From: Negaprion brevirostris
Lineage: Eukaryota
Assembly: GCA_030324005.1 (NCBI GenBank)
Contig: JARDVH010000163.1
Coordinates: 30,854,103-30,915,851 of the forward strand
Direction: 5' to 3'
Length of the DNA: 61,749 nucleotides
Positions 1 to 11,945 of the stretch are shown in pieces; within the stretch, counting starts at the first letter, position 1; each line of letters starts with the position of its first letter. Both the position numbers and the translations under genes were made by a program. The notes beneath the pieces are model-generated. The model had not been told where the DNA came from. It worked only from the letters and a program-made list of their open reading frames with translations, and searched no databases.

Positions 1-190
1 TAGCAGGTTAGTTGTAAAGACTCACATTCTAATCAGTAATCTGTAAACTGTGTGTGCTGTTATATGCTCTGTCTGAGGCCAGAACTCTCCATTCAACTGA
101 CGAAGGGGCAAACCCCAAAAGCTTGTGAGCTTACTATCAGATAAATTGGTTGGACTTAAACCTGGTGTTGTCAGACTTCTTACTGTGTAC
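1..190 (+). mobile_element. Penelope-like element terminal repeat (pLTR) fragment, family 1
   Basis: Shares 'ggacttaaacctggtgttgtcagacttcttactgtg' with copies at 11.2, 16.6 and 52 kb; 11-62 is homologous to the reverse complement of ~16500-16560; carries a decayed hammerhead motif. Confidence 0.75.
92..128 (+). ncRNA. Decayed minimal hammerhead ribozyme motif
   Basis: CTGACGA(97-103)-A-GGGG caaa CCCC-AAAA(GAAA mutated)-GC-TT-gtga. Confidence 0.55.
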
Positions 191-654
191 ACTCATACCT
201 CAGCAATGTTATTCAATTCGTTTGAGATTTAAAACTAGGTATGCCGAAACATGAGTACCATCAACAATAATTCAACCCAATGATGATCCATAATTTAATC
301 TCCAGGTAATTATTTCAACAGTAATTAATTGATAAAACATCTGTATAGTTATCTTGGCCGGAATGAGATGTCTCTGTCCCTTAGGCTCATGCTCTGTGTT
401 CATCAAAGTACAATCTGTCACCTGAAGTGAGTTGAGATGTGTTGAGTGGTAAATTCAGGTCAATGAATTGCCTAACCAGTATCAAATCAGATCACGTCAG
501 TTGGAAGTGGTAGGGGCATGCATGGTGCATATGGTTAACCAGTACCCAGTGTTTCAAATTCTTTCCGATCACAATAATAGTGAAGGTAAGCAAGTGTGGT
601 ATAAAGGTTAACTGGAGGTCTCAGGTGTCATTGAAAAGCAGAGAAGCAGGCTGA

Positions 655-1200
655 TAACAATGAACAAAAAAAAGTACAGCACAGGAACAGGCTCTTTGGC
701 TCATCAAGCCTGCGCTGATCATGATGCCTGCCTAACCTAAAACCTGATGTACTTAAGAGTCTGCATCTTCCACTCCCATCCTATTCATGTATTTATCTAG
801 TTGCCCCTTAAATGTCACTATCGTACCTGCTGTCACCACCACCCTCTGAGTAAAAAACTTGCCTTGTACAACTCCTCTAAACTTTTCCCCATGCACCTTT
901 AACCTATGTTTACTCGATCTTGTCTTTTCTACTCTAGGAAAGAGCATCTGACTACCCACTCTGTCCAGGCCACTCATAATCTTGTACACCTCTATTAGGT
1001 CACGCCACAACCTCCATCGTTCCAGTGAGAACAAACTGAGTTTACCCAACCTCTTCTCATAGTTAATAATAACCCTCCAGAGCAGGAAAAGTCCTGGTAA
1101 GCCTCGTCTGCACCCTTTCCAAAGCATCCACATCCTTCCAGTATTGTGGCGATCAGAATTGTACACAATATTCAAAATGAGGCCTATCTAAGGATGTTAG
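655..1200 (-). mobile_element. CR1 LINE 3' fragment (ORF2 C-terminus plus 3' tail)
   Basis: ORF 753-1175(-) reads KRLGKLSLFSLERWRLWRDLIEVYKIMSGLDRV...FFTQRVV, typical of the CR1 ORF2 C-terminus. Confidence 0.9.
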
Positions 1201-1706
1201 CAGGATGTTGATGAGCTATGGTAACTCTTTCTTACCTGTTTTACATTTTGATTAATGTTTCAGTGACATTACATAACATAATTGCCCCATTTATCCTTGA
1301 AGTTTTAATAGTAGATATTTTTGGCACATTTTTTGGAAGCAATTTTTCCCTAAATTGAAGATTTTTTTTGTACACTTGAAATTAGAGCAATTAACTTGAT
1401 TTACTTCAGTTCTACTCTGTGTACCCCTCTAGGCAAAAGATTCTGCTGCAATGTCCTGTTCAACAGAAAAATGTCGAAACTCTGTGAGGAGAATCAGATT
1501 TGAACTACTAACCAATGAAACTAGAATTCAATCTCAGACCTTTCTTTCACTCTTTGCCTAAAGATGCAGGTCAATACCATTATCATCTTCACACATTATT
1601 TTTGTAAATTAACTATAATGATCAGACTCAGCCTGACTTACAACCACCATCATTGAAAAATAATAAACATTTCCAGAATTCTCAAAACAAGAGTCCAATG
1701 ATGTGT

Positions 1707-1976
1707 GGCGCGGTAGCACGGTGGTTAGCACTGCTGCCTCACAGGGCCAGGGACCCAGGTTCAATTCTGGCCTCGGGTGACAATCTGTGTGGAGTTTGCA
1801 CGTTCTCCCTGTGTCTGTGTGGGTTTCCTCTGGGTGCTCTGGTTTCCTCCCACACTCCAAAGATGTGCAGGTTAGCTGTATTGGTCATGCTAAATTGCCC
1901 CTTAGTATTCCAGGAGGAGTGGGCTGAGAGCTGGTGCGGACTCGATAGGCCTGCACCATAGGGATTCTATGATTCT
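1707..1976 (+). mobile_element. HE1-type tRNA-derived V-SINE with CR1-like tail
   Basis: A/B-box tRNA head (tagcacggtggttagc...ggttcaattc), V-domain 'gggtttcctctgggtgctctggtttcctcccac', 'gattctatgattct' tail; atgtgtg on both sides as candidate TSD. Confidence 0.9.
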
Positions 1977-2818
1977 TATGTGTGCCTTGTACAGGAATGT
2001 TGGTATATAGAACAAGAGTTTGGCTTCACTCTATAAACTTAATCCGTATATTTGTTTCCAGGTGCTATATTGTGTTGATAACGATGAATGAGAATTAAAT
2101 GTTGAGGAATGAAAGTAAATTAAGGGGATATTATTAGTTTTTACAGAATATGTCTACAAAACAGTCTGTCAGTTTCTGTGGCTGAAGCACTGACAGCAGA
2201 ATAATGATGGAAATAATTACACAAAATTATCTTGCACTATGTAATAATGAGCAGGTTACAGAGGTGAAACCTGGGCAGCAGGTAATTCCTTCATCTGTTT
2301 TTTCTTTGCTCAGTAAGATTCGGCAGGTTTACTTGGCACAAACTGTGGCTTGGTAAATGGAGGTCAGAGGCCATTTGCCACCAGCAGGTAATAACAAAAC
2401 CCCAGTCGTAAAAGCCTGGTATTAGTGCGTCTGTCATCAGCTGCTCTTTGTGTTGCGGCCTCAGACTGGAACATGAGTGGATCACTCATCAGTTAAGTGA
2501 GAGCTAAAATTACAATTCAAACAAAGTCCTCTTTTAGTGGGAATTGCAACTAATTAAAGCAGCTAATTAAGTAACGCAACACTCTGATTTGCTTCAAAAC
2601 AGGCATTTGAACGTTTGTTATGGGCACAACTTTCTAGACCAGGTGTGTTGCTCACTTTAAAGTAGGCTAAGAAGGGTCACAAACTGCATATTACATAAAA
2701 GTAATTTCAATAACTTTTGAACTTGTTAGAGGTGAGTACTGAATGAATTCTGAATCCAAGAACTGTGCCTTGGCCAGTTTAACTAATTCACTCATCCTGA
2801 CCCAGTTCAAATAGACAT

Positions 2819-2910
2819 AATGTGGAGGTGCCAGCGTTGGACTGGGGTAAACACGGTAAGAAGTCTCACAACACCAGGTTCAAGTCCAACCAATTTATTT
2901 GATAGTAAAC
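2819..2910 (-). mobile_element. Penelope-like pLTR end, family 1 (runs into gap)
   Basis: Reverse complement of the family 3' end 'cttcttac..tgtttaccccagtccaacgctggcacctccaca'. Confidence 0.8.
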
Positions 2911-3492
2911 NNNNNNNNNNNNNNNNNNNNNNNNNNNNNNNNNNNNNNNNNNNNNNNNNNNNNNNNNNNNNNNNNNNNNNNNNNNNNNNNNNNNNNNNNN
3001 NNNNNNNNNNNNNNNNNNNNNNNNNNNNNNNNNNNNNNNNNNNNNNNNNNNNNNNNNNNNNNNNNNNNNNNNNNNNNNNNNNNNNNNNNNNNNNNNNNNN
3101 NNNNNNNNNNNNNNNNNNNNNNNNNNNNNNNNNNNNNNNNNNNNNNNNNNNNNNNNNNNNNNNNNNNNNNNNNNNNNNNNNNNNNNNNNNNNNNNNNNNN
3201 NNNNNNNNNNNNNNNNNNNNNNNNNNNNNNNNNNNNNNNNNNNNNNNNNNNNNNNNNNNNNNNNNNNNNNNNNNNNNNNNNNNNNNNNNNNNNNNNNNNN
3301 NNNNNNNNNNNNNNNNNNNNNNNNNNNNNNNNNNNNNNNNNNNNNNNNNNNNNNNNNNNNNNNNNNNNNNNNNNNNNNNNNNNNNNNNNNNNNNNNNNNN
3401 NNNNNNNNNNNNNNNNNNNNNNNNNNNNNNNNNNNNNNNNNNNNNNNNNNNNNNNNNNNNNNNNNNNNNNNNNNNNNNNNNNNNNNNNNNNN

Positions 3493-4035
3493 CCATCTGT
3501 CACTCAACCCAACGTGCAGACTAGCAATGGGACCCCCCCCCCCCCTTAACTGATTGCCCCAGAAGCCCAGCCCCATCAGGCCCTGGTCCCATTAGGCCCC
3601 ATCCACTTGGCACTGCCTGATGCCCAATGGGCAGTGCTAAGATGCTTCCTGGGCATTGGCACTTTGCCCCTTGGGCAGTGCAGGAGTGCTGAGGCTGGCA
3701 CTGCCAAGGTGGCAATGCCTAAGGGGCAATCCCTGTCATCTGATCCTGGCCTCGATTCTCCCTCCCCCCTTCACTTCAGTGAGATCAGACCACCAGTTCC
3801 CACAAGTGGGGAGCTACTATAAACCCCGCCGGAGTGGGGAGAGAGAGGCTAAAGGGCCTGGAGATTTTAGTTCCGGGCCCACTAATGACACTTAAATTAT
3901 ACTAAAATGATGGTTTGTGATCTCTAGAGCTGACAACGCTGGAAATCCAGCTGCTGGAGACACATGAAGGCTATGGCACCATTAGAGTCTCCCGGCCACT
4001 GTGTTACAAAAGCAGCACAGCAGGAGAATTTTTCA
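3493..4035. mobile_element. GC-rich non-autonomous DNA transposon fragment (Harbinger-like MITE)
   Basis: 'ggcactgcc/ggcagtgc' motif-rich body shared with 7.3-8.0, 13.0-14.1, 47.1, 49.6-50.0 and 53.7 kb; 'ggagaatt' end. Confidence 0.5.
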
Positions 4036-4500
4036 CATGAAACAGTAACCCCAAAAAACAAGGGTAAGATCCATATTTATGTACACAATGCATTTGGCAG
4101 TTCCAGATATCAGCTTCCTTGCTCTCCATTGCTAATAGAAGTACTTAATGTTTTAAGAACATTTGATTCACTGTTGATTAATGAGAAGAAGATCACTATC
4201 ATATGGTGGCAATAAGTCTCCCCTCACCATCTTTAACTTCAGTGTGAAAGTTTGTTAGCTTTACTGAAGAAATCATTTTGAAAGTTCTAATGATCAATGT
4301 TCACTACCCACATTCCTCAATGCAGAAAACAACTACGTTCAAAACAAGAACTCAGTATTATGCTTCGGGTCAGAAATGCCAAAGTGTTTTATTTGGCTAA
4401 GATAAGCATGATATGGTTCACCTTGGTGTGATTCAAATGACTCACTTGCGAGCTTTCATCAAACAAAGTTCATTTAAGAGTATAGTTAACAAGTATAGTC

Positions 4501-4625
4501 AGGGTCATCCAGACTCGAAATGTTGGCTCTGTTCTCTCTCCACAGATGCTGTCAGACCTGCTGAGACTTTCCAGCATTTTCTGTTTTTGTTTCACATTCC
4601 AGCATCTGCAGTATTTGGTCTTTCT
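4501..4625 (+). mobile_element. Penelope-like pLTR fragment, family 2, starting inside a hammerhead motif
   Basis: GGGTC atcca GACTC-GAAA-TG-TT, then 'ctctctccacagatgctgtcagacctgctgag...ttccagcatctgcagtattt' shared with 21.7-22.1 and 32.6-32.8 kb. Confidence 0.75.
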
Positions 4626-5618
4626 CTGAGTATTTGTCTCATACTCGAATATAAAATGTTGGGAGGTTGCATTTGTGTTTGGTCCAAAAGGATTAGTCTG
4701 TGAATATACCTAAACTGTATGCTCTTAAATCATGTGTATTTCAACAAATCAAAAGATTGTTACAGCTGAGAAAGTCCATTTGGTTTGTTTAGTGATCCAT
4801 ACAAAAGCTCCCTTAAATGCAGCCCGGTTTAAATTAATTTATGGTTAGAAATTGGGAAACAAGAAGAGTTTTAGAGAGGAAGATATTTTTGTAATGAAAT
4901 TGGTTATGAGCAACCTTTCAGGAGATCAATTACTATAAAGGTTTTGTAAGTGGCTGCAATTAAGACTAAAACTTCACCAATGAGTTTACAGTTACATGGA
5001 TCAATCCAGGCATTTTCATCAAGTGATGTTCAAATGGAGACAAATATGCTTGAGTAATGTAGAGAGCCATTGTTCCTGAAAGTTACACGTGGATGGCATT
5101 GAAGGAACAGGAAACATGCTGCAGGCCACGCAGACGTTGCAAGTTAGCTCAGAGTTTCAATAGCACCTCACATCAAAGGTTTACATTTCATCCAAAGGGA
5201 TCAGTTGACAAGGCCTCAAGTGACTGTAATCTGACATGGTTTGACACATATCACATAGACCACTTGTAAATATATATCAAAGTCACCAGTACGGCAGATG
5301 AACTTCGTACCCACTTAGTCACTGGCTCACAATGCCTGTCCACAAACAGCTGGAAAAAACATTAGTCACGCCTTACTAAATGATCTGAAATAAAATAGGG
5401 TTTGAAAAAAACCACAATGTCGATAGGTCAGTACAGACTGTAGATTAAATATTTTAGGTCTTGTATTACACATACTCTGACAGTCTAACTAATGTAATAT
5501 TCCTGTGTGTTGCATTAAAGAATGGATAAATAAAATAGTCATCCAGCTGATACCTGTAATGATTTCCATACAATAACCTCATTGGAGGTTAGAATGATAT
5601 GGGAATATAGTTCAGTTT

Positions 5619-5870
5619 CAGTGGTACAGTGGTTAGCACTGCTGCTTCACAGTGCCAGGGACCTGGGTTCGATTGCCGGTTCGGGTCATCGTCTGTGTGG
5701 AGTTTGCACATTCTCCTCGTGTCTGCATGGGTTTCCTCCAAGTGCTCCGGTTTCCTCCCACAGTGCTAGTTAGGTACGTTGACCCGAACAGGTGACAACT
5801 CGGGGAATTTCACAGTAACTTCATTGCAGTGTTAATGTAAGCCTTACTTGTGACTAATAAATAAACTTAA
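5619..5870 (+). mobile_element. V-SINE with alternative ('gtaagcctacttgtgac-aataaa') tail
   Basis: tRNA head with B box ggttcgattgcc, V-domain, tail ttcattgcagtgttaatgtaagccttacttgtgactaataaataaac. Confidence 0.85.
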
Positions 5871-6502
5871 ATTTATAAGTTATTGACAGCTTTAAAATGT
5901 ATCCCTCGGACCAATAGTCCACTATCGATAAGACTGCTTTCCCTGCTTGGTTTCCAATGAGTTACCCCTCAGTTTGTTTTTGCAGGACCCATTTAGGCTG
6001 TTTTCCTAACCTGTACATGTGCCACGCTGTTGTTTTTGTTGTGAAGATTCTTTGCAGAGATATAACTATGGGTAACCNNNNNNNNNNNNNNNNNNNNNNN
6101 NNNNNNNNNNNNNNNNNNNNNNNNNNNNNNNNNNNNNNNNNNNNNNNNNNNNNNNNNNNNNNNNNNNNNNNNNNNNNNNNNNNNNNNNNNNNNNNNNNNN
6201 NNNNNNNNNNNNNNNNNNNNNNNNNCCAGCAATCTCATCCCTCGCCTCCCTAAGCAGGGAAAGGAAACACATCGAGCCAATTTTGGCAGAACCGGATAAT
6301 CCTGGTGGCAGGAATTCTGCCCTTGATTTGTTCAACAGGAGCTTTTACTATAATTACTACTTCTGTGGTGTGTGAGCAGAGTTTGATTCTTGGAAGACTT
6401 TGTACAAATGGGACTGCATTTATATTTTTATGTTAGTTAGACACAGAAGATGGGATCACGGAGAATCACTGTCATTTGTGCAGGGTGTAATAAGTAATCT
6501 AC

Positions 6503-8428
6503 TGTTAAGATCCCAGTTGATGTTGTAGCCGGATGGGAAGATCCCAGAATGGAACCCTGGCTCAAAAGGTGGTAACTTCTACTTTTCTTTAGAAAATATG
6601 GAGGAAGAGAGTCACCAGACCATTAATTAGTTTTAACAAAAAAAAGTATTAGACATGAAAAGTTTGATTATGATACTGTATTCCTTTTGTTTCTACTTAT
6701 CTTTACTAACATATGCATATTTTAAATTTAACACAGGTTAAAAGGTATATCTTAGGCTATAATGGGCTCAGTAACACATTGTTCCTTTAAACACACAGAC
6801 TGGGTGTGGTAGGACACACACACCCTCCACTCTGAACCCATGTGAATGCCTGTGGATTTCTATTCAAAGTCCCCCAGATGGTTGCTGCATGAAAATTTCC
6901 AAACTCCTCTCCCAAAAAAGATACACTTTAAAACCTTCACAACTGTGCTTTCCATCTTTACAAATCAGGTTTTCTAAATCTACTGTCAGTTTTTAACCGC
7001 TCTATTTTTAACAAGGAATCCAGAATCCAGATTTTACATCTACTCCCTTAAGGATTTCTTTGCCTCGACAGTTGCACTCTTTACAATTGCTTTAACTATT
7101 GACTCCCAGGTTGTATTAAGATGGCACTAAACTTTTGATTCACCTCTGAGGTCTGCACTCCCACTTAAAATCTGCTTATTGCAGCTATGTCTTTAACTTG
7201 GAATACCTTATCTGTTTTTCCCTCAAATTCTCCTGAATAGGATCATTTTCAGCTTCTTTGGCTGGATTGTCCCAAAAAAATCTAATTGTCAAATTTGCAT
7301 GAAAACTGGAGTAATTCATGCTTTTTTTTTTAGTGGGAGTTCACAGAAGAACCTTCCACACCCTGTGCACTGCAGAGTGCACTAGCCAGTATATCATTAA
7401 AAATCACTGAGTGGGGCCTATTCTGTTCTGGCAGCGTGGCAGCATAGAGCTGAGTGGGCCACTTTGGAAGCCCTGATCTGTCGAAGCCAGATTGCTGGTC
7501 AGCCCCACAACCCCCTGCATTCCCAGCCCCTCTGTCCCCCCACTGTCCAATCGCTGGCCCCCGACCGTTCCTGGGCCAGTCCTGAACATCCTCCTCCTGG
7601 CCCACCCCGATCTGCAGACCGCCTGATTCCTCACCCCTGCAGTCCTGACGCCCCCCTCCCCCCCAGCAGGATAGTTCCCCGTTAGTGGGGAGCTGTTGTA
7701 ACCCCTGCTGAAGTGAACCACTCTATCAGAGGGGGAGATGCTAGCAGGCCCGGAGATTTCAGTCCTGGGACTGCTATTCACATTTCTCTTACATTAAAAT
7801 GATCATTTAAATGGTCTTTGTGCCTCCGCTCCAATTTCTGGCATGGATGCGATGCCACTGGAAATCCGGCACTGGGAGACACTATCAGGAATGCATGTGC
7901 GAACCCCGTGACTTGGCTGATGTATGAATCTCACACTGATTTTTTAGTGCAGTGGGACAAGAGAATCTCCCCCATTCTTTCTGTCCTAATTGCTGGTTGT
8001 CTGGACTTTATCTGGTTCTCTGGGAAGTCTATCTTTTTTCAGCCCCCTAGTCCCTGCCTAGTTTTTCTTCTGGCAGAGTTAAGAGGTATTCACTCCCCAG
8101 TGTCTTATCTCCAACTGCCAATTAATTCAGCTAAAACTAAACTCAAAAGCTTGGCTACACTAAAGGGCCCCTGGTTGCTAAGCAAAATCTCCTTCTGCAC
8201 TTCTATTTACTTTCCATGCCTTAAGTTCTCCAAGCACAATAGGAGCACAGTTTGAATTGAAACCAAAACTTCCACACATATGAACACCTTTTCCAGCATG
8301 AATACAATGATAGGTTTACCCTTCCTTACACAGAAACTCTAAATTAAACCCACTTAGAGCTGAATCTCATTTATTATAAATAACAATGCAAATGTAAATC
8401 CCTTAAAACAACCTATGTTCCTCTCACG
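6503..8428. mobile_element. Possible solo LTR interrupted by a MITE
   Basis: Starts TGTTAAGA, ends near ...ctctCA; composition resembles fish LTRs; no second copy in the window. Confidence 0.25.
7325..7975. mobile_element. GC-rich non-autonomous DNA transposon (Harbinger-like MITE)
   Basis: 7325-7640 is homologous to the reverse complement of ~13730-14120; ends 'gagaatctcccc'. Confidence 0.55.
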
Positions 8429-8774
8429 CTATTGTGGACTTTCATTGCACTGAGAAAAAGCATCCGTGCACTAAGTGATGGAAAATTGACCCTCTGAAGT
8501 AGAGGATGTCTAATGAACAGTAATTGGCTCATCATATCCTGCAAAATCAGAAATGTTGACTGAGCCTCTGCAATATGGTCATCTGTCAGAACATTGTCAT
8601 CTAAGAAGCCATGCTAAATGGTTAAGATACAAGCGTACTGTAGAAAGAGAGAAATGGGTGCCTCTCTGTAGAAGCAGCAGAAGGTGATGACAATCACAGA
8701 AACTTGTCAGTTTTTGGAAGCATCCAAAATATATATTGTGCCTTTACCATATTAAAAAAAGCATAGATTCTTTA

Positions 8775-8950
8775 TGAAATCATTGAATCCCAACAGTGCA
8801 GAAAGAGGCCATTCGGCCTATCAAGCCTGCACCGACAACAATCCCACCCAGGCCCTATCCCCGTAACTCCATGTATTTACCCTGCTAATCTCCCTGACAC
8901 GAAGGGACAATTTATCATGGCCAATCAATCTAACATGCACATCTTTGGAC
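8775..8950 (-). mobile_element. HE1-type SINE, 3' half
   Basis: Reverse complement of the tail seen at 37530-37657. Confidence 0.85.
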
Positions 8951-8989
8951 AGAACTATGATCAGATATCTATACGTATCAATGGAGGAG

Positions 8990-9340
8990 ATATTGGGATG
9001 GTGTCAAAAGGCCTGGTCAAAGATATGGTTTAAAGGGCGTATCTAAGGATGAGTAGGAAGTCAGAGGCAAAGGGCTTATAAAGGGAATACAAGATACATG
9101 GAGTCTAGATGTTGGAGTCACATCGGCCAACAAAAGAGTGAGTGAGTGTAGGGAGAGGCCCAAAAGGCCAGAGAGGGATTTATGGGATTCTGGTGGGGAA
9201 AGGGTTGGGGGACAAATTATAAGGTTGTTGGTAATTACAGTGATAGGAAAATGCCAAGGCATGGAAGGATTTAAAATCAAGGATAAGAAATGTATAATAA
9301 AAGTGCTGGGAGCCTGGGAGCTAACACAGGTCAGCAAGAG
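8990..9340 (-). mobile_element. Old L2-like LINE remnant
   Basis: Purine-rich stretch resembling antisense L2 ORF2 3' region; heavily decayed. Confidence 0.35.
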
Positions 9341-9764
9341 CAGAAGTGACAGGAGTTTCGAAGAAGAGTCATATCGAGCTCAAAACACAGGGTGGAATTT
9401 TTCACTCTGTAAACCAAATGCAGTGGCTGTCAGGAAAAGCAGTACATTTCTCATCAGCATCCTTATCATCTACCATGAGATCTGTCCTCCACACAGTCTG
9501 TTGAATGGTGGGACGAGCCAGTAAGGTCACAGCCAGGGATCTTCAGAAAGCATTTGATGAGGTCGCTCATATGATTGATAGATCAAATCAACAAAACGGC
9601 AGAAGAGCGATTGTCACAGAAATTAGGTTGATGGATGGGATAGTTTATTTTCCTCAGTTAGGAAATAGATGATAGGGTTATTGATTTAAAATTTTTACTA
9701 ATAGAGTGAAAAGTAAACTTCAAAGAAATTGCTTTATATTTTCTTCCATTTACAACCTGAAAAT

Positions 9765-10060
9765 AGATCGTTTGGTCCAATCAATCCATGCCAGTGTTAA
9801 TGCTCCTTATGAACCTCCTCCCAAACTTTATCATCTAATCTCTTCAATGTGTCCTTCTATTCCTTTCTCCCATGTGAGTTCATCTAGTTTCCTGCCTTTA
9901 AATGCATCTATGTAAGTTACTTCAAGTAGTCCTTGTGGGATTGAGTTCTACATTCTAACCACTCCCAAGCTGAATACATTTCTCTTGAATAACCTATTGA
10001 ATTCATTAGTGACAATCTTATGTTCATGGCCCCCTAGTTCTGCTTTCTTCTGCAAGTAAA
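9765..10060 (-). mobile_element. Old CR1 3' fragment
   Basis: 'gagttctacattctaaccactc', 'ggccccctagttctg' match antisense CR1 3' region as at 800-940 and 50.4 kb. Confidence 0.65.
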
Positions 10061-10232
10061 ACATCAAACAGAACTTGATGCCTCTCCAACATCGAGTTTG
10101 GAGATGTGGAGAGGCGGTGGGGGTGCATTTAATTGGGCGGAGGGTGTGGGGTTGGGACCCTGTTGCCTTTCTGCTGCTGCCTGATTAAGCCTATAAGGTA
10201 GGGGGGTGGTGATGGAATGGCTCATGGACAAT

Positions 10233-10330
10233 CTTCTTTTTATGAAAAACAAAGCATTGGGATTTTTACAGGCATAGAATTAGGACACAGAAAAGCTATG
10301 TTAACTTGTACTGAACCTAGGTTAGACCAA
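10233..10330 (+). repeat. Inverted duplicate of 10926-11024 (CR1 fragment plus Penelope junction)
   Basis: About 98 nt reverse-complement match with 3 substitutions and 1 indel. Confidence 0.85.
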
Positions 10331-11065
10331 GAACTAATTGAGGCATTTGTGTATAATTAATGCTCACATAAGGNNNNNNNNNNNNNNNNNNNNNNNNNNN
10401 NNNNNNNNNNNNNNNNNNNNNNNNNNNNNNNNNNNNNNNNNNNNNNNNNNNNNNNNNNNNNNNNNNNNNNNNNNNNNNNNNNNNNNNNNNNNNNNNNNNN
10501 NNNNNNNNNNNNNNNNNNNNNNNNNNNNNNNNNNNNNNNNNNNNNNNNNNNNNNNNNNNNNNNNNNNNNNNNNNNNNNNNNNNNNNNNNNNNNNNNNNNN
10601 NNNNNNNNNNNNNNNNNNNNNNNNNNNNNNNNNNNNNNNNNNNNNNNNNNNNNNNNNNNNNNNNNNNNNNNNNNNNNNNNNNNNNNNNNNNNNNNNNNNN
10701 NNNNNNNNNNNNNNNNNNNNNNNNNNNNNNNNNNNNNNNNNNNNNNNNNNNNNNNNNNNNNNNNNNNNNNNNNNNNNNNNNNNNNNNNNNNNNNNNNNNN
10801 NNNNNNNNNNNNNNNNNNNNNNNNNNNNNNNNNNNNNNNNNNNNNNNNNNNNNNNNNNNNNNNNNNNNNNNNAACCTGTTCATTCCCTGATCAGCATCAC
10901 ATTTCAGTTCACAGTATTCTGAGGTTTGGTCTAACCTAGGTTCAGTACAAGTTTAACATAGCTTTTCTGTGTCCTAATTCTATGCCTGTAGAAATCCCCA
11001 TGCTTTGTTTTTTATAAAAAGAAGTCTCACAACACCAGGTTAAAGTCTAACATGTATATTTGGAA

Positions 11066-11102
11066 TCACAAGCTTTCAGAGTGCTGCTCCTTCATCAGGT
11101 GA
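11066..11102 (-). ncRNA. Minimal type I hammerhead ribozyme motif
   Basis: Minus strand: tcac-CTGATGA-A-GGAG cagca CTCT-GAAA-GC-TT-gtga; core intact, stem I tcac/gtga. Confidence 0.75.
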
Positions 11103-11166
11103 GTTCACAAACATAGCATATATAGGCAAAGACACATATATGACATGTTTGTGAACCTACCTCCAC

Positions 11167-11203
11167 TCACCTGAGAAAGGAGCAGCACTCCGAAAGCTCG
11201 TGA
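11167..11203 (+). ncRNA. Hammerhead motif with mutated core (CTGAGAA)
   Basis: tcac-CTGAGAA-A-GGAG cagca CTCC-GAAA-GC-TC-gtga; conserved G8 lost. Confidence 0.6.
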
Positions 11204-11639
11204 TTCCAAATAAACCTGTTGAACTTTAAGCTGGTGTTGTGAGACTTCTTACTGTGTCTACCCCAGTCCAACACCGGCATCTCCCCATCTTTGTTTTTAA
11301 TGGTACTGTATTTTTATTTTGTGTCACTATGTTTTGTGATTGTTTATCCAGACCACCAGATCCCTTTGTGTTCCTACCACATGTAGATGCTTATTTTTCA
11401 AGGAATATGTAGCCTTCTTATTCTTCTTACCAAAATGTATTGCCTCACACTTATCAATAGTGTAGTGCATTTGCCAAATACATTCTTCCAGTTTATTAAT
11501 GATTTCCTATACTTAACACGTAGGCTGTTGGAAAAAGGAATGTTTTGTCACAGGAAGTTATTGAGACAGAGATAAGTGGATCATTTAAGAGAATATTGAA
11601 TAATTACTTGAAACGAAAGAAGAGGTGAAGAAAACCCCT

Positions 11640-11945
11640 TTAAGTTGCATATTATTTTCATGATTCCAGGGTGTTTCAAACCTCTTTGCAAACAATGAAA
11701 TGTGGCTGTAATATGATGCAGGGAAACACAGCAGATAATTCACACCCAGTAAAAAGATAGGCACTGCAATACAATGAATGATGGATCATCTGTTTTAGTG
11801 ACATTACTTGAATGATGAATATTGATTAGGTCATCTGGAGAAATGAGTCCACCTGAGATATCTGCAAGGGAATCAGCTTCATGTCTTATTGGAGAGACGG
11901 CACCTCCAACAGTGCGGCTTTCCCTTATTGCTGCATTGGAGTGCG
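11640..11945 (-). mobile_element. Deu-domain SINE (SacSINE1-like), decayed
   Basis: 'gagacggcacctccaacagtgc...ctgcattggagtg' is antisense to the body of copies at 52.7 and 54.8 kb. Confidence 0.65.

Larger units (their letters stand above)
11017..11288. mobile_element. Palindromic non-autonomous Penelope-like element, family 1
   Basis: 11019-11104 and 11165-11250 are inverted arms, each with a hammerhead motif; flanked by duplicated ctttgttttt(t)a. Confidence 0.85.
10926..11470 (-). mobile_element. CR1 ORF2 fragment interrupted by a Penelope-like element
   Basis: Minus strand reads DKCEAIHFGKKNKKATYSLKNKHLHVVGTQRDL, then ...KAWGF-RHRI after the insertion. Confidence 0.8.

Noticed and set aside
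1707-1780. tRNA gene at SINE heads
   Set aside because: A/B boxes are present but there is no complete cloverleaf, and the sequence continues into the SINE body
1609-1961. Recurrent 'WLALLPH..LCGVCTFS' ORFs at many loci
   Set aside because: Chance translations of V-SINE copies, not a gene family
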